Assembly: GCA_020725385.1 (NCBI GenBank)
Contig: DYFC01000034.1
Span: 88,007 to 152,006, forward strand
DNA from: Nitrospira japonica
Lineage (GTDB): Bacteria; Nitrospirota; Thermodesulfovibrionia; Thermodesulfovibrionales; SM23-35
Length of the DNA: 64,000 nucleotides
Direction: 5' to 3'
Part shown: piece after piece, positions 9,940-19,955 of the stretch
How positions within the stretch are numbered: the first letter of the stretch is position 1
Layout of the letters: each line of letters opens with the position of its first letter
Notes under the pieces: model-generated
What the model was told of the DNA's origin: nothing
The model's input: the letters and a program-made list of their open reading frames with translations, nothing else
Database searches by the model: none
Translations under genes and position numbers: made by a program

Positions 9940-12348
9940 TTGCCAGATAAGTTAAATAAATCTTTTTTTCTTCAATTAATATTCCTTTTTTCTGTTTTTT
10001 TGCTCTCCATTATTAAGATAGAAGACACAGATAGCTGGATGCATCTTAGTTTTGGAAGGCTGATCTGGGAAAATAAAGGGTTACCAGCCACAGAACAATT
10101 TGTATATCCAAGTTTTGGTATGCCTTTTTCTTATAGCTCATGGCTTTTTGGAGTTATATATTATCTTTCATATTTATTTTTAGATATTCCGGGTATTATT
10201 CTTCTCAAGGCTACTACAATAACCTTAGCTTTTTACATAATTTTAAAAGATTCTTTAAGGCCATATAAGAATCTGATTGTATCCCTTCTCATTATGATGT
10301 TAATTGTGATTATCACCCGTCACCGTTTTGCGGAAAGACCCGAAACATTTATGTTGATATTTCTATCCTTCAGTATTTTCAGTTTGAATGCTTATCTATA
10401 CGACAAAAAGAAATATATCTATTGGCTTCCTTTTATCCATATGTTATGGGCAAATTGTCATTCAAGCATAAATATAATGGTGGTTCCATTTTTAGTTTTC
10501 ATTATTGGAGGATTAGCTAATCAATATCTTGATAAAAAAGGTATTAAAGTCGAAATTAGTCCATCTAATGATCAAATTAAGACTATTCTGATTATTTTTG
10601 TTTTGTCATTTCTTTCTTCTTTAATAAGCCCTTATTTTATAAGTCAGTATTTTTTTGCAACCCAGTATCTTTCCGAACCATGGTTTAAACAGGAAATTCT
10701 CGAACTTCAAAGTCCTGAATGGTACATTAAAAAGTGGCTTTATATTGGAACCGGGATTGTAATTGCAAGCTTTGTTTTAAACAGTAAAAAAATATCAATC
10801 ATAAATTTCTTGATGATTATTCCATTTGCATATCTTTCATTTACAGCAAAACGATTTTTACTTCTTTACGCTGTTATTGCTGCTCCTATTGTGATTAAAA
10901 ATATTTCAGCTTTCATCAGAGGAAGGAAATGGGAAAGATTCAATGATAAGAAAATTATGTTGGCCTTTACATTATTGTGGGTAATAGGATTTACATTTTT
11001 AGCAATATTCAAAGGTACCCCGTTTGACGGTAATAGAAAAAAATTCGGATTTGGCGTTGAATATAAGTATGTCCCTGAAGGAGCTCTTAAATATCTTGAT
11101 AAAAATAATATTTATGGAAGAGTTTTTAATATTTTTGAGTGGGGCGGATATATTATCTGGCGGGATTTCCCTAAAAGAATTGTATTTGTTGACCCCCGGG
11201 GGTATCTGCCAGCAGGTCTTCATGAAAAATTAAATCTCGCTATGGGAAGGCCTTATCTTTTAGATGCATTGGAGAATAAATATGGATTTGATGTTGTGCT
11301 TACCGGGTACCCGGAAGTTAGTACAAATGTTGAAAATATTGATTTAGCTTTATTGCATCCTGGGTGGGCTTTAGTATATTGGGATGATAAGGCTCTGGTT
11401 TATTTAAAGAAAGATGGTAAGTATAGGGAAATTGCTAATAGAGATATATATAATTTTGTTAAGCCTGCCAATGGACTGAGCAATCTTAAAAGTATTTTGG
11501 AGGACAAAGAAAATAGAATAAAAACAATCGAGGAATTAAAAAGAAATATAGATAGTACCAATTCTCAAATCGGAAAGATGTTTCTCGGATATTCATATAA
11601 TGAGATTGGAGAATATAACAAAGCTCTGGATATTTTTTCAGAGTTGGAAAAAACTAATTCTTCAGAATATCTTTTGCAGTCATATAGCGGGGTTGCTTTT
11701 GCCTATGAAAGACTTGGAGATTTTAAAAAAGCTATCGAATATAACGAGAAGATAATAGGTTATAAAAAAGAGGCCGGTGTATTTTATGAAATTGGCAGAT
11801 TATATCTAAAATTGAATGATGTGAAGAATTCATTAAAATACCTAAGAAAAGCTTTAGATAAAGATCGTGATTATCTTCCTGTCTACCCTTTAATTTTAGA
11901 TATTTACCGTAAGGAAGGGATGAGTCATGAATACGATAAATTAAAAAAGTACTATGACGAACTTTCTATCAGGAGTACTGCGATGGAACATTTTCAGAGT
12001 GGAGTAAATGCATATTTAAATGGAAAATTTGATGAAGCCCTGGCTGAGTTTAATAAAGCTATTGAATTGAATCCACTGGACGCAAAATCTTACAGCAACA
12101 TAGGTTATATTTATTATGATAGAGGTGATATGATAAACGCTTTTATATACCAGAAAAAAGCAATAGATATAGATCCGAAATTTGCGAATGCTCACTTCGG
12201 GCTGGCTATGATTTATAAAAAACATGGTGATTTTTTAAATGAAAAAAAGCATCTTGAAGAATATCTGAAACTTGAACCTTCGGGTTATTATTCCAGAAGG
12301 GCGATGGAAGAGATTGACATCCTGAATAAATTTTTGAAAAAACGATAA
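9940..12348 (+). CDS. Multi-pass membrane protein (GT-C-like) with C-terminal TPR repeats
   Basis: DSWMHLSFGR early-loop motif, RPE, LWANCH, many TM segments, then TPR repeats; TTG start after GAGGAGG. Confidence 0.7.
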   Translation: MPDKLNKSFFLQLIFLFSVFLLSIIKIEDTDSWMHLSFGRLIWENKGLPATEQFVYPSFGMPFSYSSWLFGVIYYLSYLFLDIPGIILLKATTITLAFYIILKDSLRPYKNLIVSLLIMMLIVIITRHRFAERPETFMLIFLSFSIFSLNAYLYDKKKYIYWLPFIHMLWANCHSSINIMVVPFLVFIIGGLANQYLDKKGIKVEISPSNDQIKTILIIFVLSFLSSLISPYFISQYFFATQYLSEPWFKQEILELQSPEWYIKKWLYIGTGIVIASFVLNSKKISIINFLMIIPFAYLSFTAKRFLLLYAVIAAPIVIKNISAFIRGRKWERFNDKKIMLAFTLLWVIGFTFLAIFKGTPFDGNRKKFGFGVEYKYVPEGALKYLDKNNIYGRVFNIFEWGGYIIWRDFPKRIVFVDPRGYLPAGLHEKLNLAMGRPYLLDALENKYGFDVVLTGYPEVSTNVENIDLALLHPGWALVYWDDKALVYLKKDGKYREIANRDIYNFVKPANGLSNLKSILEDKENRIKTIEELKRNIDSTNSQIGKMFLGYSYNEIGEYNKALDIFSELEKTNSSEYLLQSYSGVAFAYERLGDFKKAIEYNEKIIGYKKEAGVFYEIGRLYLKLNDVKNSLKYLRKALDKDRDYLPVYPLILDIYRKEGMSHEYDKLKKYYDELSIRSTAMEHFQSGVNAYLNGKFDEALAEFNKAIELNPLDAKSYSNIGYIYYDRGDMINAFIYQKKAIDIDPKFANAHFGLAMIYKKHGDFLNEKKHLEEYLKLEPSGYYSRRAMEEIDILNKFLKKR

Positions 12349-12349
12349 A

Positions 12350-12970
12350 ATGTCTTCGGCAGATTTATATATCAATAGTATAGATTTCAAGAAATATTTA
12401 AATGAATCTGAATGCTGTGAATGTGGTTTCTCTTCATGTAATGACTTTTTTGTTGCACTAAAGGATGGAAAGGTTGATATTCAACTATGTAAATTTATTG
12501 ATGGAAATAGGTTGAATGCTTTAGAAGCAATAAAAAAGATTGAAACGATCTGGCCTGAAGTGCCTTTAATAACTTTTCCAAGACCGGCATATACTGGACT
12601 TATAGAGCTCAATAATCCTGATGAAAAATCAATTATTCTTATTACAGGAAATAATGAGTTTACAGAACAGGTTGTGCTAACGGTTCTCGGGACAACTTCA
12701 TGTCCATTTTATGTTCTGTTTGTTGATACCGATGGGAATACAATAGATATGTCCATGATTTACAATACTTTCAATGCTGAGAGGGTATTGGATGCATTAA
12801 GAAAAACAGGGTTACTGAATATATCTACTGGAAAAAATATTGTAATTCCCGGACTTGCACATGGTATAGAAAGCGAAATTAATAAACTTACGGGCTTTAA
12901 TATTAAAACAGGGCCGGTTTGTGTAGCAGAATTGCCGCTTTTTTTAGCGAACATATGGATACCACCATAA
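12350..12970 (+). CDS. Fe-S domain fused to a CFeSP (AcsC/CdhE C-terminal)-like domain
   Basis: CCECGFSSC...C cluster motif; NPDEKSIILITGN, VDTDG, IVIPGLA, GPVC..ELP. Confidence 0.65.
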   Translation: MSSADLYINSIDFKKYLNESECCECGFSSCNDFFVALKDGKVDIQLCKFIDGNRLNALEAIKKIETIWPEVPLITFPRPAYTGLIELNNPDEKSIILITGNNEFTEQVVLTVLGTTSCPFYVLFVDTDGNTIDMSMIYNTFNAERVLDALRKTGLLNISTGKNIVIPGLAHGIESEINKLTGFNIKTGPVCVAELPLFLANIWIPP

Positions 12971-13078
12971 ACTACAATACATTTATGATGAACGAATTTT
13001 TTTAAGCAATGTTTACATTGTTTGGGTTAAAATAATTCAGTCTATACGGACTGTTTAAAAAGCAGAGGGGTGAGTTAA

Positions 13079-14077
13079 ATGGAAAGAATATTATTAGGAC
13101 ATGGAAGCGGTGGAAAGCTTATGTATCAATTGATTAGAGAACATTTTGTTCCTGAGTTTAAGCTCAAGTCTTTGAATGATTCGGCGGTTCTTAAAGGGTT
13201 AAATAAAGGTAAGATTGCTGTTACAACCGATTCTTATGTGGTTTCCCCTATTTTTTTCCCGGGTGGCAATATTGGTGAGCTTGCTGTTTACGGGACAGTA
13301 AATGATCTTTCAATGGTAGGTGCAACACCTCTTTATATTACGTCGGGATTTATACTTGAAGAAGGGTTTCCACTCGAAGATTTAAAGAAAATTTTAACCT
13401 CTATGTCGGAAGCAGCAAAAAAAGCAGGTATAAAAATAGTTGCAGGTGATACTAAAGTTGTAAATAAAGGAAAAGCAGATGGTATCTTTATTAACACATC
13501 AGGCGTTGGAATTGTCGGGGAAAATACGGACATTTCACCATTAAAAGTAAAGCCCGGGGATAGAGTAATCCTAAGCGGTCCAATCGGTAATCATGGTATC
13601 TCGATTATTGCAGAAAGAAATGGTTTAAGGTTTAATCCTCCTGTATTGAGTGATACGGCTCCTTTGAATGTACTTGTTAAGGAAATGTTGAAACACACAA
13701 AGAAAATACACGCAATGCGTGACCCTACCCGCGGAGGACTTGCAACCACTCTCAAAGAAATAGCGAATGATTCAAAATGTTGCATTACTATTTTTGAAGA
13801 ATCAATACCCGTGCCTTCTGGTGTCAGAGGAGCGTGTGAACTTCTCGGACTCGATCCGCTTTATGTGGCTAATGAAGGCATTTTAATTGCAATAGTATCT
13901 GCGGATGTAGCCGATTCACTCGTAAAAAAAATGAGGAAAATATCTGTTGCGCGCGAATCGTGTATAATTGGTGAAGTTACAAAAAATCCTGCAGGTATGG
14001 TACTTCTTAAAACATCTATTGGTGGAACAAGAATGATCGAGATGCTTTCCGGTGACCAATTACCAAGAATATGTTAG
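13079..14077 (+). CDS. hypE: Hydrogenase maturation protein HypE
   Basis: HGSGG, TTDSYVV, GDTKVV, DPTRGG, C-terminal LPRIC. Confidence 0.97.
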   Translation: MERILLGHGSGGKLMYQLIREHFVPEFKLKSLNDSAVLKGLNKGKIAVTTDSYVVSPIFFPGGNIGELAVYGTVNDLSMVGATPLYITSGFILEEGFPLEDLKKILTSMSEAAKKAGIKIVAGDTKVVNKGKADGIFINTSGVGIVGENTDISPLKVKPGDRVILSGPIGNHGISIIAERNGLRFNPPVLSDTAPLNVLVKEMLKHTKKIHAMRDPTRGGLATTLKEIANDSKCCITIFEESIPVPSGVRGACELLGLDPLYVANEGILIAIVSADVADSLVKKMRKISVARESCIIGEVTKNPAGMVLLKTSIGGTRMIEMLSGDQLPRIC

Positions 14078-14086
14078 AGGTATAAT

Positions 14087-14797
14087 ATGATATTAGGTGT
14101 TAATATTGATCATATTGCTACATTAAGACAGGCACGTCGTGGAATTGAGCCTGACCCAATTTTGGCTGCCCCGCTTGCTATATTGGGTGGTGCTGATGGC
14201 ATTACAGTTCATCTTAGGGAAGATCGAAGACATATTCAGGACAGGGATCTTGAAATATTGAAAAGAATTGTTCCTGTTGAATTAAATCTCGAAATGGCTG
14301 TTACAGAAGAAATGCTCTTAATCGCAGAAAAAATAAAACCTGATCTTGTAACCATTGTGCCGGAAAAAAGAATGGAACTTACAACCGAAGGCGGATTGGA
14401 TGTAAAAAAACATAAAAAAAATGTAATGGAAGCAATCAAAAGACTTCATAGAAAAGATATACCTGTTAGCCTTTTTATAAATCCGGATAAAGGGGATATA
14501 GAATTATCTGGGAAAATTGGTTCCGATATGGTTGAGATTCATACCGGGACATATGCAAATACAAAGGGAAAAAGTCAGGAAAAAGAGTTCGCAAGAGTGA
14601 AAAATGCGGTTAATTATGCATTAGAATGCAGGCTTTTAGTTAATGCAGGTCACGGATTAAATTACTTTAATGTTCAAAGAATTGCTTTGATTGAAGGTTT
14701 AAGGGGGCTTTATATAGGCCATAGCATTATATCAAGAGCAGTTTTTGTAGGGCTTGAACGGGCTGTTAGAGAAATGAAACAAATTATTCACAGATAA
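14087..14797 (+). CDS. pdxJ: Pyridoxine 5'-phosphate synthase
   Basis: LGVNIDHIATLRQAR, HLREDRRHIQ, NAGHGL. Confidence 0.97.
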   Translation: MILGVNIDHIATLRQARRGIEPDPILAAPLAILGGADGITVHLREDRRHIQDRDLEILKRIVPVELNLEMAVTEEMLLIAEKIKPDLVTIVPEKRMELTTEGGLDVKKHKKNVMEAIKRLHRKDIPVSLFINPDKGDIELSGKIGSDMVEIHTGTYANTKGKSQEKEFARVKNAVNYALECRLLVNAGHGLNYFNVQRIALIEGLRGLYIGHSIISRAVFVGLERAVREMKQIIHR

Positions 14798-14800
14798 CTT

Positions 14801-15934
14801 CTATTTTTTTGTTTTTACTTTGTTAGTTTTTTGTTCGGAAGGACTTGGTATTGATTTTGGATATGTCTCCGGGTTATGGTCTTTATCATGGCAGTTAAGA
14901 TAACATTGTCCTGCACCGGGGCCAAAAGATATATATAAAAGTTTACCACTGGATGAGGGTCTTATATTCAAAGAGTTTTCAAAATCTATCAGGTGCTGAA
15001 ACCGCTTGCTTCCGTGAGGGTTGTGACAATTTCTACAGGAAACACCGATGTTCGATATATGCTGGTTATGATAGGTAAAGCTTTCATTATTTAAAATGCT
15101 ATCTCTTCTGTGACAACTATAACATAGTTCATATTGTTGAATGCTCTCGGGTCTATCATCTGAAGAAAAGTTTTTAGAAAGTAAATTTTTATATCTTGAA
15201 CCATGAGGGCCTTTCGGGCCCAAAGGATCATCATTTCCATGACAATTGGTACATTTTATCTGGGTAGAATAAGAAAGAGGAATGATAAGACTTGGCACAA
15301 AACTGTTCTTACCCGGACCTATAACAGGATGATAGGAAGGGTTTGAAATATTGAAAAGTTCTGCTTTATTAGTCTGGTATGAAGGCAAGTTTGCACTATA
15401 TGAATGGCAGTTGAAACACAATTCATATTCATTGGTTATGCCCACTTTTGACCTCTGAGCAGAAGTCCCTTTTATACCAATGAAAGGATTGTCTTTTGAG
15501 ACAAAATGATGGTGATGACAATCTCCGCACTCAACGTGTCTTGGCTTTGATGAATCTATCTCCGGCAATATTTCATCATTAGTATGTATCCCGGTTTTTT
15601 CAACCGGATGTCTGTAAGGTTTTTCAAATTCTTTTTTCAGGTTTTTTGATGTGAAGCTCCTGGAAACTATCCCGTTATTTTTTGCTTTTTCTGTTGAGCT
15701 TTCGTCACCGTGACAGATAAAGCAAAAATTATTTTTTGTATCCGGAAGCATAGCTGTGCCAGGTCTTCCATGACCTACATGGCAGCTTGCACACCCTTTT
15801 GGCACTTTTGTTTTATCAAAATGGGTTATATCGATATTTTTAGAATAGCACCTTGAAAACAAACTGAGAATAAATATAGACCCTATTGTAAAAAAGAAAA
15901 AAACTATAAATATTATTTTTTTTAATACGGCCAT
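14801..15934 (-). CDS. Multiheme c-type cytochrome (7 CxxCH plus 1 CxxxCH)
   Basis: CASCH, CFICH, CGDCH, CFNCH, CTNCH, CYSCH, CRNCH, CYLNCH; N-terminal hydrophobic segment; likely start MAVLKK. Confidence 0.88.
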   Translation of the reverse strand: MAVLKKIIFIVFFFFTIGSIFILSLFSRCYSKNIDITHFDKTKVPKGCASCHVGHGRPGTAMLPDTKNNFCFICHGDESSTEKAKNNGIVSRSFTSKNLKKEFEKPYRHPVEKTGIHTNDEILPEIDSSKPRHVECGDCHHHHFVSKDNPFIGIKGTSAQRSKVGITNEYELCFNCHSYSANLPSYQTNKAELFNISNPSYHPVIGPGKNSFVPSLIIPLSYSTQIKCTNCHGNDDPLGPKGPHGSRYKNLLSKNFSSDDRPESIQQYELCYSCHRRDSILNNESFTYHNQHISNIGVSCRNCHNPHGSKRFQHLIDFENSLNIRPSSSGKLLYISFGPGAGQCYLNCHDKDHNPETYPKSIPSPSEQKTNKVKTKK

Positions 15935-16746
15935 ATCTTGTATGATTCCCCGCAATCATTATAGTGACAGACAAAACAAACATCGTTATATGAAGTTCCC
16001 TGCCAGAATGGGGGCCATTTTACCCCGTTGTTTTCTTCCAACGACCTATTGGTATGAGGATTATGGCAGGAAGTACATTGAACCCCCATGCCTCCACCCT
16101 GATTTTCAGTAGGATACAATTTAACAGGAGAGGTTCTATTGGATGGCGGTGGATTTAGCCAGCAGCTATTCGTAATATTGCTATTATTTCTTTTTGATAC
16201 AAGTGAATTATCGTAAACAATTGAAATCGGATGGCCACCGGAAAGATCAGTGCCGATATAACCGCTGCAACCTGAACCGGGAATAAGTTTTCCAGAGGCA
16301 TCAATGCAGTTGCTAATATTCATTAATATTTCTTCCCATCTGCTATTTACCGAACCAACGGCTACTGTTCCATCATGACAACTGAGACAGAGTTTTGAAA
16401 ATCCGTCAATTTTCCATGCCTGACTTTCAGCTTCGGTATATGATTGCAATGTGTTACTCCAATAAACTTTATATGTTTGTACAGCAGATAGTTCATGATT
16501 CCAGAGAGGCTGAACAGGATTTGCATTATGTGGTGTATGGCAAAAAATACATATCTCCGGCTCATAAACTGCTTTTACAGTATTGCTTGGAGAAGGCCAT
16601 CTGCTCAATGAACCTGAAAGATTGTGTTTTGTATAAACTATGCTGGTCTGGGGTGGATCTTTTGCCTGAACCAGTGCAGATAAAAATGTTACACTGATTA
16701 AAATAACAGATACCATGAATTTTATTATTTTGCTTATACTTGACAT
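15922..16746 (-). CDS. Tetraheme cytochrome c, OmcE-like
   Basis: Signal peptide; TKHNLS, ICIFCHTPHNA..PLWN, CLSCHDG, GTDLS..HP, CTSCH, CFVCH match the recalled Geobacter OmcE motif order. Confidence 0.8.
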   Translation of the reverse strand: MSSISKIIKFMVSVILISVTFLSALVQAKDPPQTSIVYTKHNLSGSLSRWPSPSNTVKAVYEPEICIFCHTPHNANPVQPLWNHELSAVQTYKVYWSNTLQSYTEAESQAWKIDGFSKLCLSCHDGTVAVGSVNSRWEEILMNISNCIDASGKLIPGSGCSGYIGTDLSGGHPISIVYDNSLVSKRNNSNITNSCWLNPPPSNRTSPVKLYPTENQGGGMGVQCTSCHNPHTNRSLEENNGVKWPPFWQGTSYNDVCFVCHYNDCGESYKIWPY

Positions 16747-16752
16747 ATTTTA

Positions 16753-17802
16753 TTATTCCTTATTTTTGAGATATTTAAAAACCTGAATTCTATGATTATA
16801 TGAATCAGCCACATAGATAAAATCATCATTATCAATGAAAATACCGGCAGGTAATATCATCTCTCCGTTTCCGGTTCCTGTTTTCCCGAACACCAGCAGG
16901 AGTCTGCCTTCCTTATCAAATATCTGGACATTATCAAAATTCGAATCTGAAACATATATATGTCCTTCAGAATCTACAGCAACTCCTTTCGGTCTGGAAA
17001 GGTCTCCGGAGCCATCGCCTGCTTTTCCAAACATTGAAAGAAAGTTACCATCTTTATCAAAAATCTGTATCCTGAAATTTAAAGAGTCTGTGATATATAA
17101 AATTTCCTGTTTATCTATAAAAATATTCGTAGGATAATTGAATTCACCTTTTTGGTTTCCCTGATTACCAAAACTGAATAAGAATTCACCTTTTTTATTA
17201 AATACTAACACACGGTGGGAGTGAGTATCAATTACATAAATTCTATCACTGGTTAAAGCAATGCCCGATGGTCTCAAAAATAGATTAGATGAGCCTATTT
17301 CATACTTAAATTTGCCATTTCTATCAAAAACAAAAACTTTTTTAAGTGATGAATCTGTCACATAAATTTTTCCATCTTCATCAACAGCAATGCCTATAGG
17401 TGATTGTAATTCTGCTTGACCAGCATCTTTAATAAGAAAATATTTGCCATTTGAATCATAAACATGAACTATGTGCGCTCCGGGATCTGTAATATACAAA
17501 TTTCTATTAAATGCATATATCCCATGCGGTCTAATCATAGTGCCATAGAATTGTTCTTTGCCGAAGAAGATTTCAATTGTCTGTTCTACCCATGATTTGT
17601 TTATGCCAAAATCCGATGGGGTATAGATACATGTTAGGAATTTAATTTTAGGAATCTGGGGGTAGGGTGGCCATACCAATGTTGATTCTCGGGAATCAAT
17701 GTTATTATATATAATATTTTTTGAATTACTACAGGAAATTATTAAAAAAAAGATTAATATTATTGAAAGGTTAACTTTGCCTTTAAATATATTTTCTTTC
17801 AT
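16753..17802 (-). CDS. NHL-repeat 6-bladed beta-propeller lipoprotein
   Basis: Lipobox LIISC; repeated PxGIAVD..G.IYVxD..NxRIQIF; likely start MKENIF. Confidence 0.88.
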   Translation of the reverse strand: MKENIFKGKVNLSIILIFFLIISCSNSKNIIYNNIDSRESTLVWPPYPQIPKIKFLTCIYTPSDFGINKSWVEQTIEIFFGKEQFYGTMIRPHGIYAFNRNLYITDPGAHIVHVYDSNGKYFLIKDAGQAELQSPIGIAVDEDGKIYVTDSSLKKVFVFDRNGKFKYEIGSSNLFLRPSGIALTSDRIYVIDTHSHRVLVFNKKGEFLFSFGNQGNQKGEFNYPTNIFIDKQEILYITDSLNFRIQIFDKDGNFLSMFGKAGDGSGDLSRPKGVAVDSEGHIYVSDSNFDNVQIFDKEGRLLLVFGKTGTGNGEMILPAGIFIDNDDFIYVADSYNHRIQVFKYLKNKE

Positions 17803-17806
17803 AATA

Positions 17807-19906
17807 TTAAAAAGTTCTTGATGCTTTAAGATTAAAACGTCTTGTTTCACTTATAGCATATCCTTCATCCAGTTTTGTTGAAGTCAACTCAAGTGAGAAA
17901 AACATCTGTCTCCATGTGTAATACAAATCAAATTCATAATCTCTTGTTCTTGTATCTGTATAGAATTCTCTATTTGTTGTAAGAATGCCGGTATTCCACC
18001 ATCCTTTGCTCCTGAATTCCTCTCTCCACCATGCTGTAAAATTAAGTCCTCTGAAGAAAGTATAATTAAACCTTCCTTCATAATTGTATTTTCTTATATC
18101 CTGTGAATTGGTCTGACCTGTTGTGTAACTTCCGCTTAATATTATTGAGCCTCTTTTTAAGATTGGATATCTAAAATGGCATGATGCAGTATAGTGTCTT
18201 ATTTTCTTTGCATTCTGGCTTTCACCCAGCCATACAGATTCAAAGGAATTTAATTTATTGCCCGAGGAATCCATAAAACGGGCTTCTAATTCAACAGACC
18301 ATGAAGCTTTCCAGGGGCCTCTTACATGGGAGCCTAACCGGGCTTTATGTTCAACTGTGGAAGAATTATCTCCTAAGTCGGATTCGGTTTCATAAGGGGA
18401 ATTGAAAGAATATTTAAAAGTCCTGTAACTGAATCTATAGCCGGCAAATATCTTGCCCCATTTATATTTTCTTGTTGACAGGTTTAAATCCAGACTATTT
18501 TCCATGAAACTTAAATCATTGCTATTTTTTTCCTGAGAAAGAATAAAGTTATACAACGCATTAAAGTCATATATTTTGTAAGGTTTGCCGTAGTTGAAGG
18601 TAGTGTCAAGTTTATATGCGTAACGATCATCATCATTAACTGTTCCATATTGAATGCGCATATTAGCTCTCGCAAATATTCTGTTGGAAATTCTATAACG
18701 CCAGATGCCCGCAAGGGTATATCTGTCCGAAGTTTGCTCACCGGATTTTGAAGATGTAAATTCAAAATTATAATCATGGTAGATATTTTTTAATGGCTGG
18801 GGTTTATAATCAGCAGAAAAACTAATAAGTCTGGATGTATCGATTTTATAATATTGAAATGCAGTCCATAGAGAATTGCCTTTATTAAACTGGGTTTTTG
18901 TATTTAAGGTTATTCTGGTTGAACTGAAATCTCTATTGGGATATGAATATTTGGATAATGAATAAACGAGAAAATATTTTGTTTTGATTGCATTCCAGTT
19001 GCCGCTTAAGGTGGTGTCCAGTTTATCAATACTGAATTTATATTCAACTTTTTCTTTTATAATGTCGAAACCTCCCAGAAATTCATCATAGGCTCTCTTA
19101 CCGGTCATCCTATCGGTTGAATAGTCCCAGTGTGAATATTCTATGCGAATATTAGGAAATTTTTTTAAGGTTGAATAGAATCTGGCGCCGTAAAAATTTG
19201 ATACAGAATCCCCGTCAAAGACTGTAACACCATCCATTTTGTTGTATGAACGTGTAGCAAAAACATCAAGCGAGACAGGCCTTGTTGGCAGAAATGTAGT
19301 TGATAATGTGTATGAAATATCCCTTGCATTCCAGGTCGAATCATCGGCTGCTTTATATTTAGTTTTACTGTTGTTAAATGTGATTTCGGCAAAATAGTTA
19401 AGTAGTTTTGGGTGGTAAATGAAACCATTTGCTCTTAGTCTGAATTTTTGCTCGAATGTTTGTGAAGAAGATTTGAATTTATTCCCCATATATTTAGTTT
19501 CGGTATTATAATCTTTATAGTTAAGCTCGATCAGTCCGCTAAAACGTAAAGAGTATCTTGCCTTAACCGGGCTACCGTATAATTGGGTATATGAAAGAGC
19601 CCCTGCAGTTGAAGCGCTTTCACCACCGGATTTAGACATGGATTTTGACATTGATTTGGACATGGATGACATGGATGACATTGATGACATGGACGACATG
19701 GATGACATGGATGACATGGATGACATTGATGACATAGCTAATGAAAATTCAGATGAGGTCAAGACAAATATAAAACATAGAGAAAAAGAGAGAAGAATGA
19801 AACGAAAGAATCTACTTAATAAAAAATTTGATATTAGATGCCATAAAGTGATGCAAATCAATAAAATGGAAAAATAGACTGGCTTTTTGAGTTCTATTAT
19901 TGTCAT
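17807..19906 (-). CDS. Outer-membrane beta-barrel protein (porin-like) with N-terminal Met/Ser repeat
   Basis: Hydrophobic N-terminal leader, alternating aromatic/polar strands, C-terminal Phe (KASRTF); lies within the cytochrome operon. Confidence 0.75.
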   Translation of the reverse strand: MTIIELKKPVYFSILLICITLWHLISNFLLSRFFRFILLSFSLCFIFVLTSSEFSLAMSSMSSMSSMSSMSSMSSMSSMSSMSKSMSKSMSKSGGESASTAGALSYTQLYGSPVKARYSLRFSGLIELNYKDYNTETKYMGNKFKSSSQTFEQKFRLRANGFIYHPKLLNYFAEITFNNSKTKYKAADDSTWNARDISYTLSTTFLPTRPVSLDVFATRSYNKMDGVTVFDGDSVSNFYGARFYSTLKKFPNIRIEYSHWDYSTDRMTGKRAYDEFLGGFDIIKEKVEYKFSIDKLDTTLSGNWNAIKTKYFLVYSLSKYSYPNRDFSSTRITLNTKTQFNKGNSLWTAFQYYKIDTSRLISFSADYKPQPLKNIYHDYNFEFTSSKSGEQTSDRYTLAGIWRYRISNRIFARANMRIQYGTVNDDDRYAYKLDTTFNYGKPYKIYDFNALYNFILSQEKNSNDLSFMENSLDLNLSTRKYKWGKIFAGYRFSYRTFKYSFNSPYETESDLGDNSSTVEHKARLGSHVRGPWKASWSVELEARFMDSSGNKLNSFESVWLGESQNAKKIRHYTASCHFRYPILKRGSIILSGSYTTGQTNSQDIRKYNYEGRFNYTFFRGLNFTAWWREEFRSKGWWNTGILTTNREFYTDTRTRDYEFDLYYTWRQMFFSLELTSTKLDEGYAISETRRFNLKASRTF
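19628..19735 (-). repeat. Coding tandem repeat: 8 x 9-nt (MSS) plus 3 x 12-nt (MSKS)
   Basis: (gatgacatg)n on the + strand; 11 Met codons. Confidence 0.95.
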
Positions 19907-19955
19907 GCATAGAAATCATTATTTAAAGTTGTCATAATTTATAAATAAATGCTTT

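Noticed and set aside
12350-12970. Mercury methylase HgcA
   Set aside because: Lacks the N(V/I)WCAAGK motif and TM domain, and no hgcB ferredoxin follows.
19638-19877. Plus-strand ORF with MDD repeats
   Set aside because: Antisense shadow of the MSS repeat in the barrel gene.
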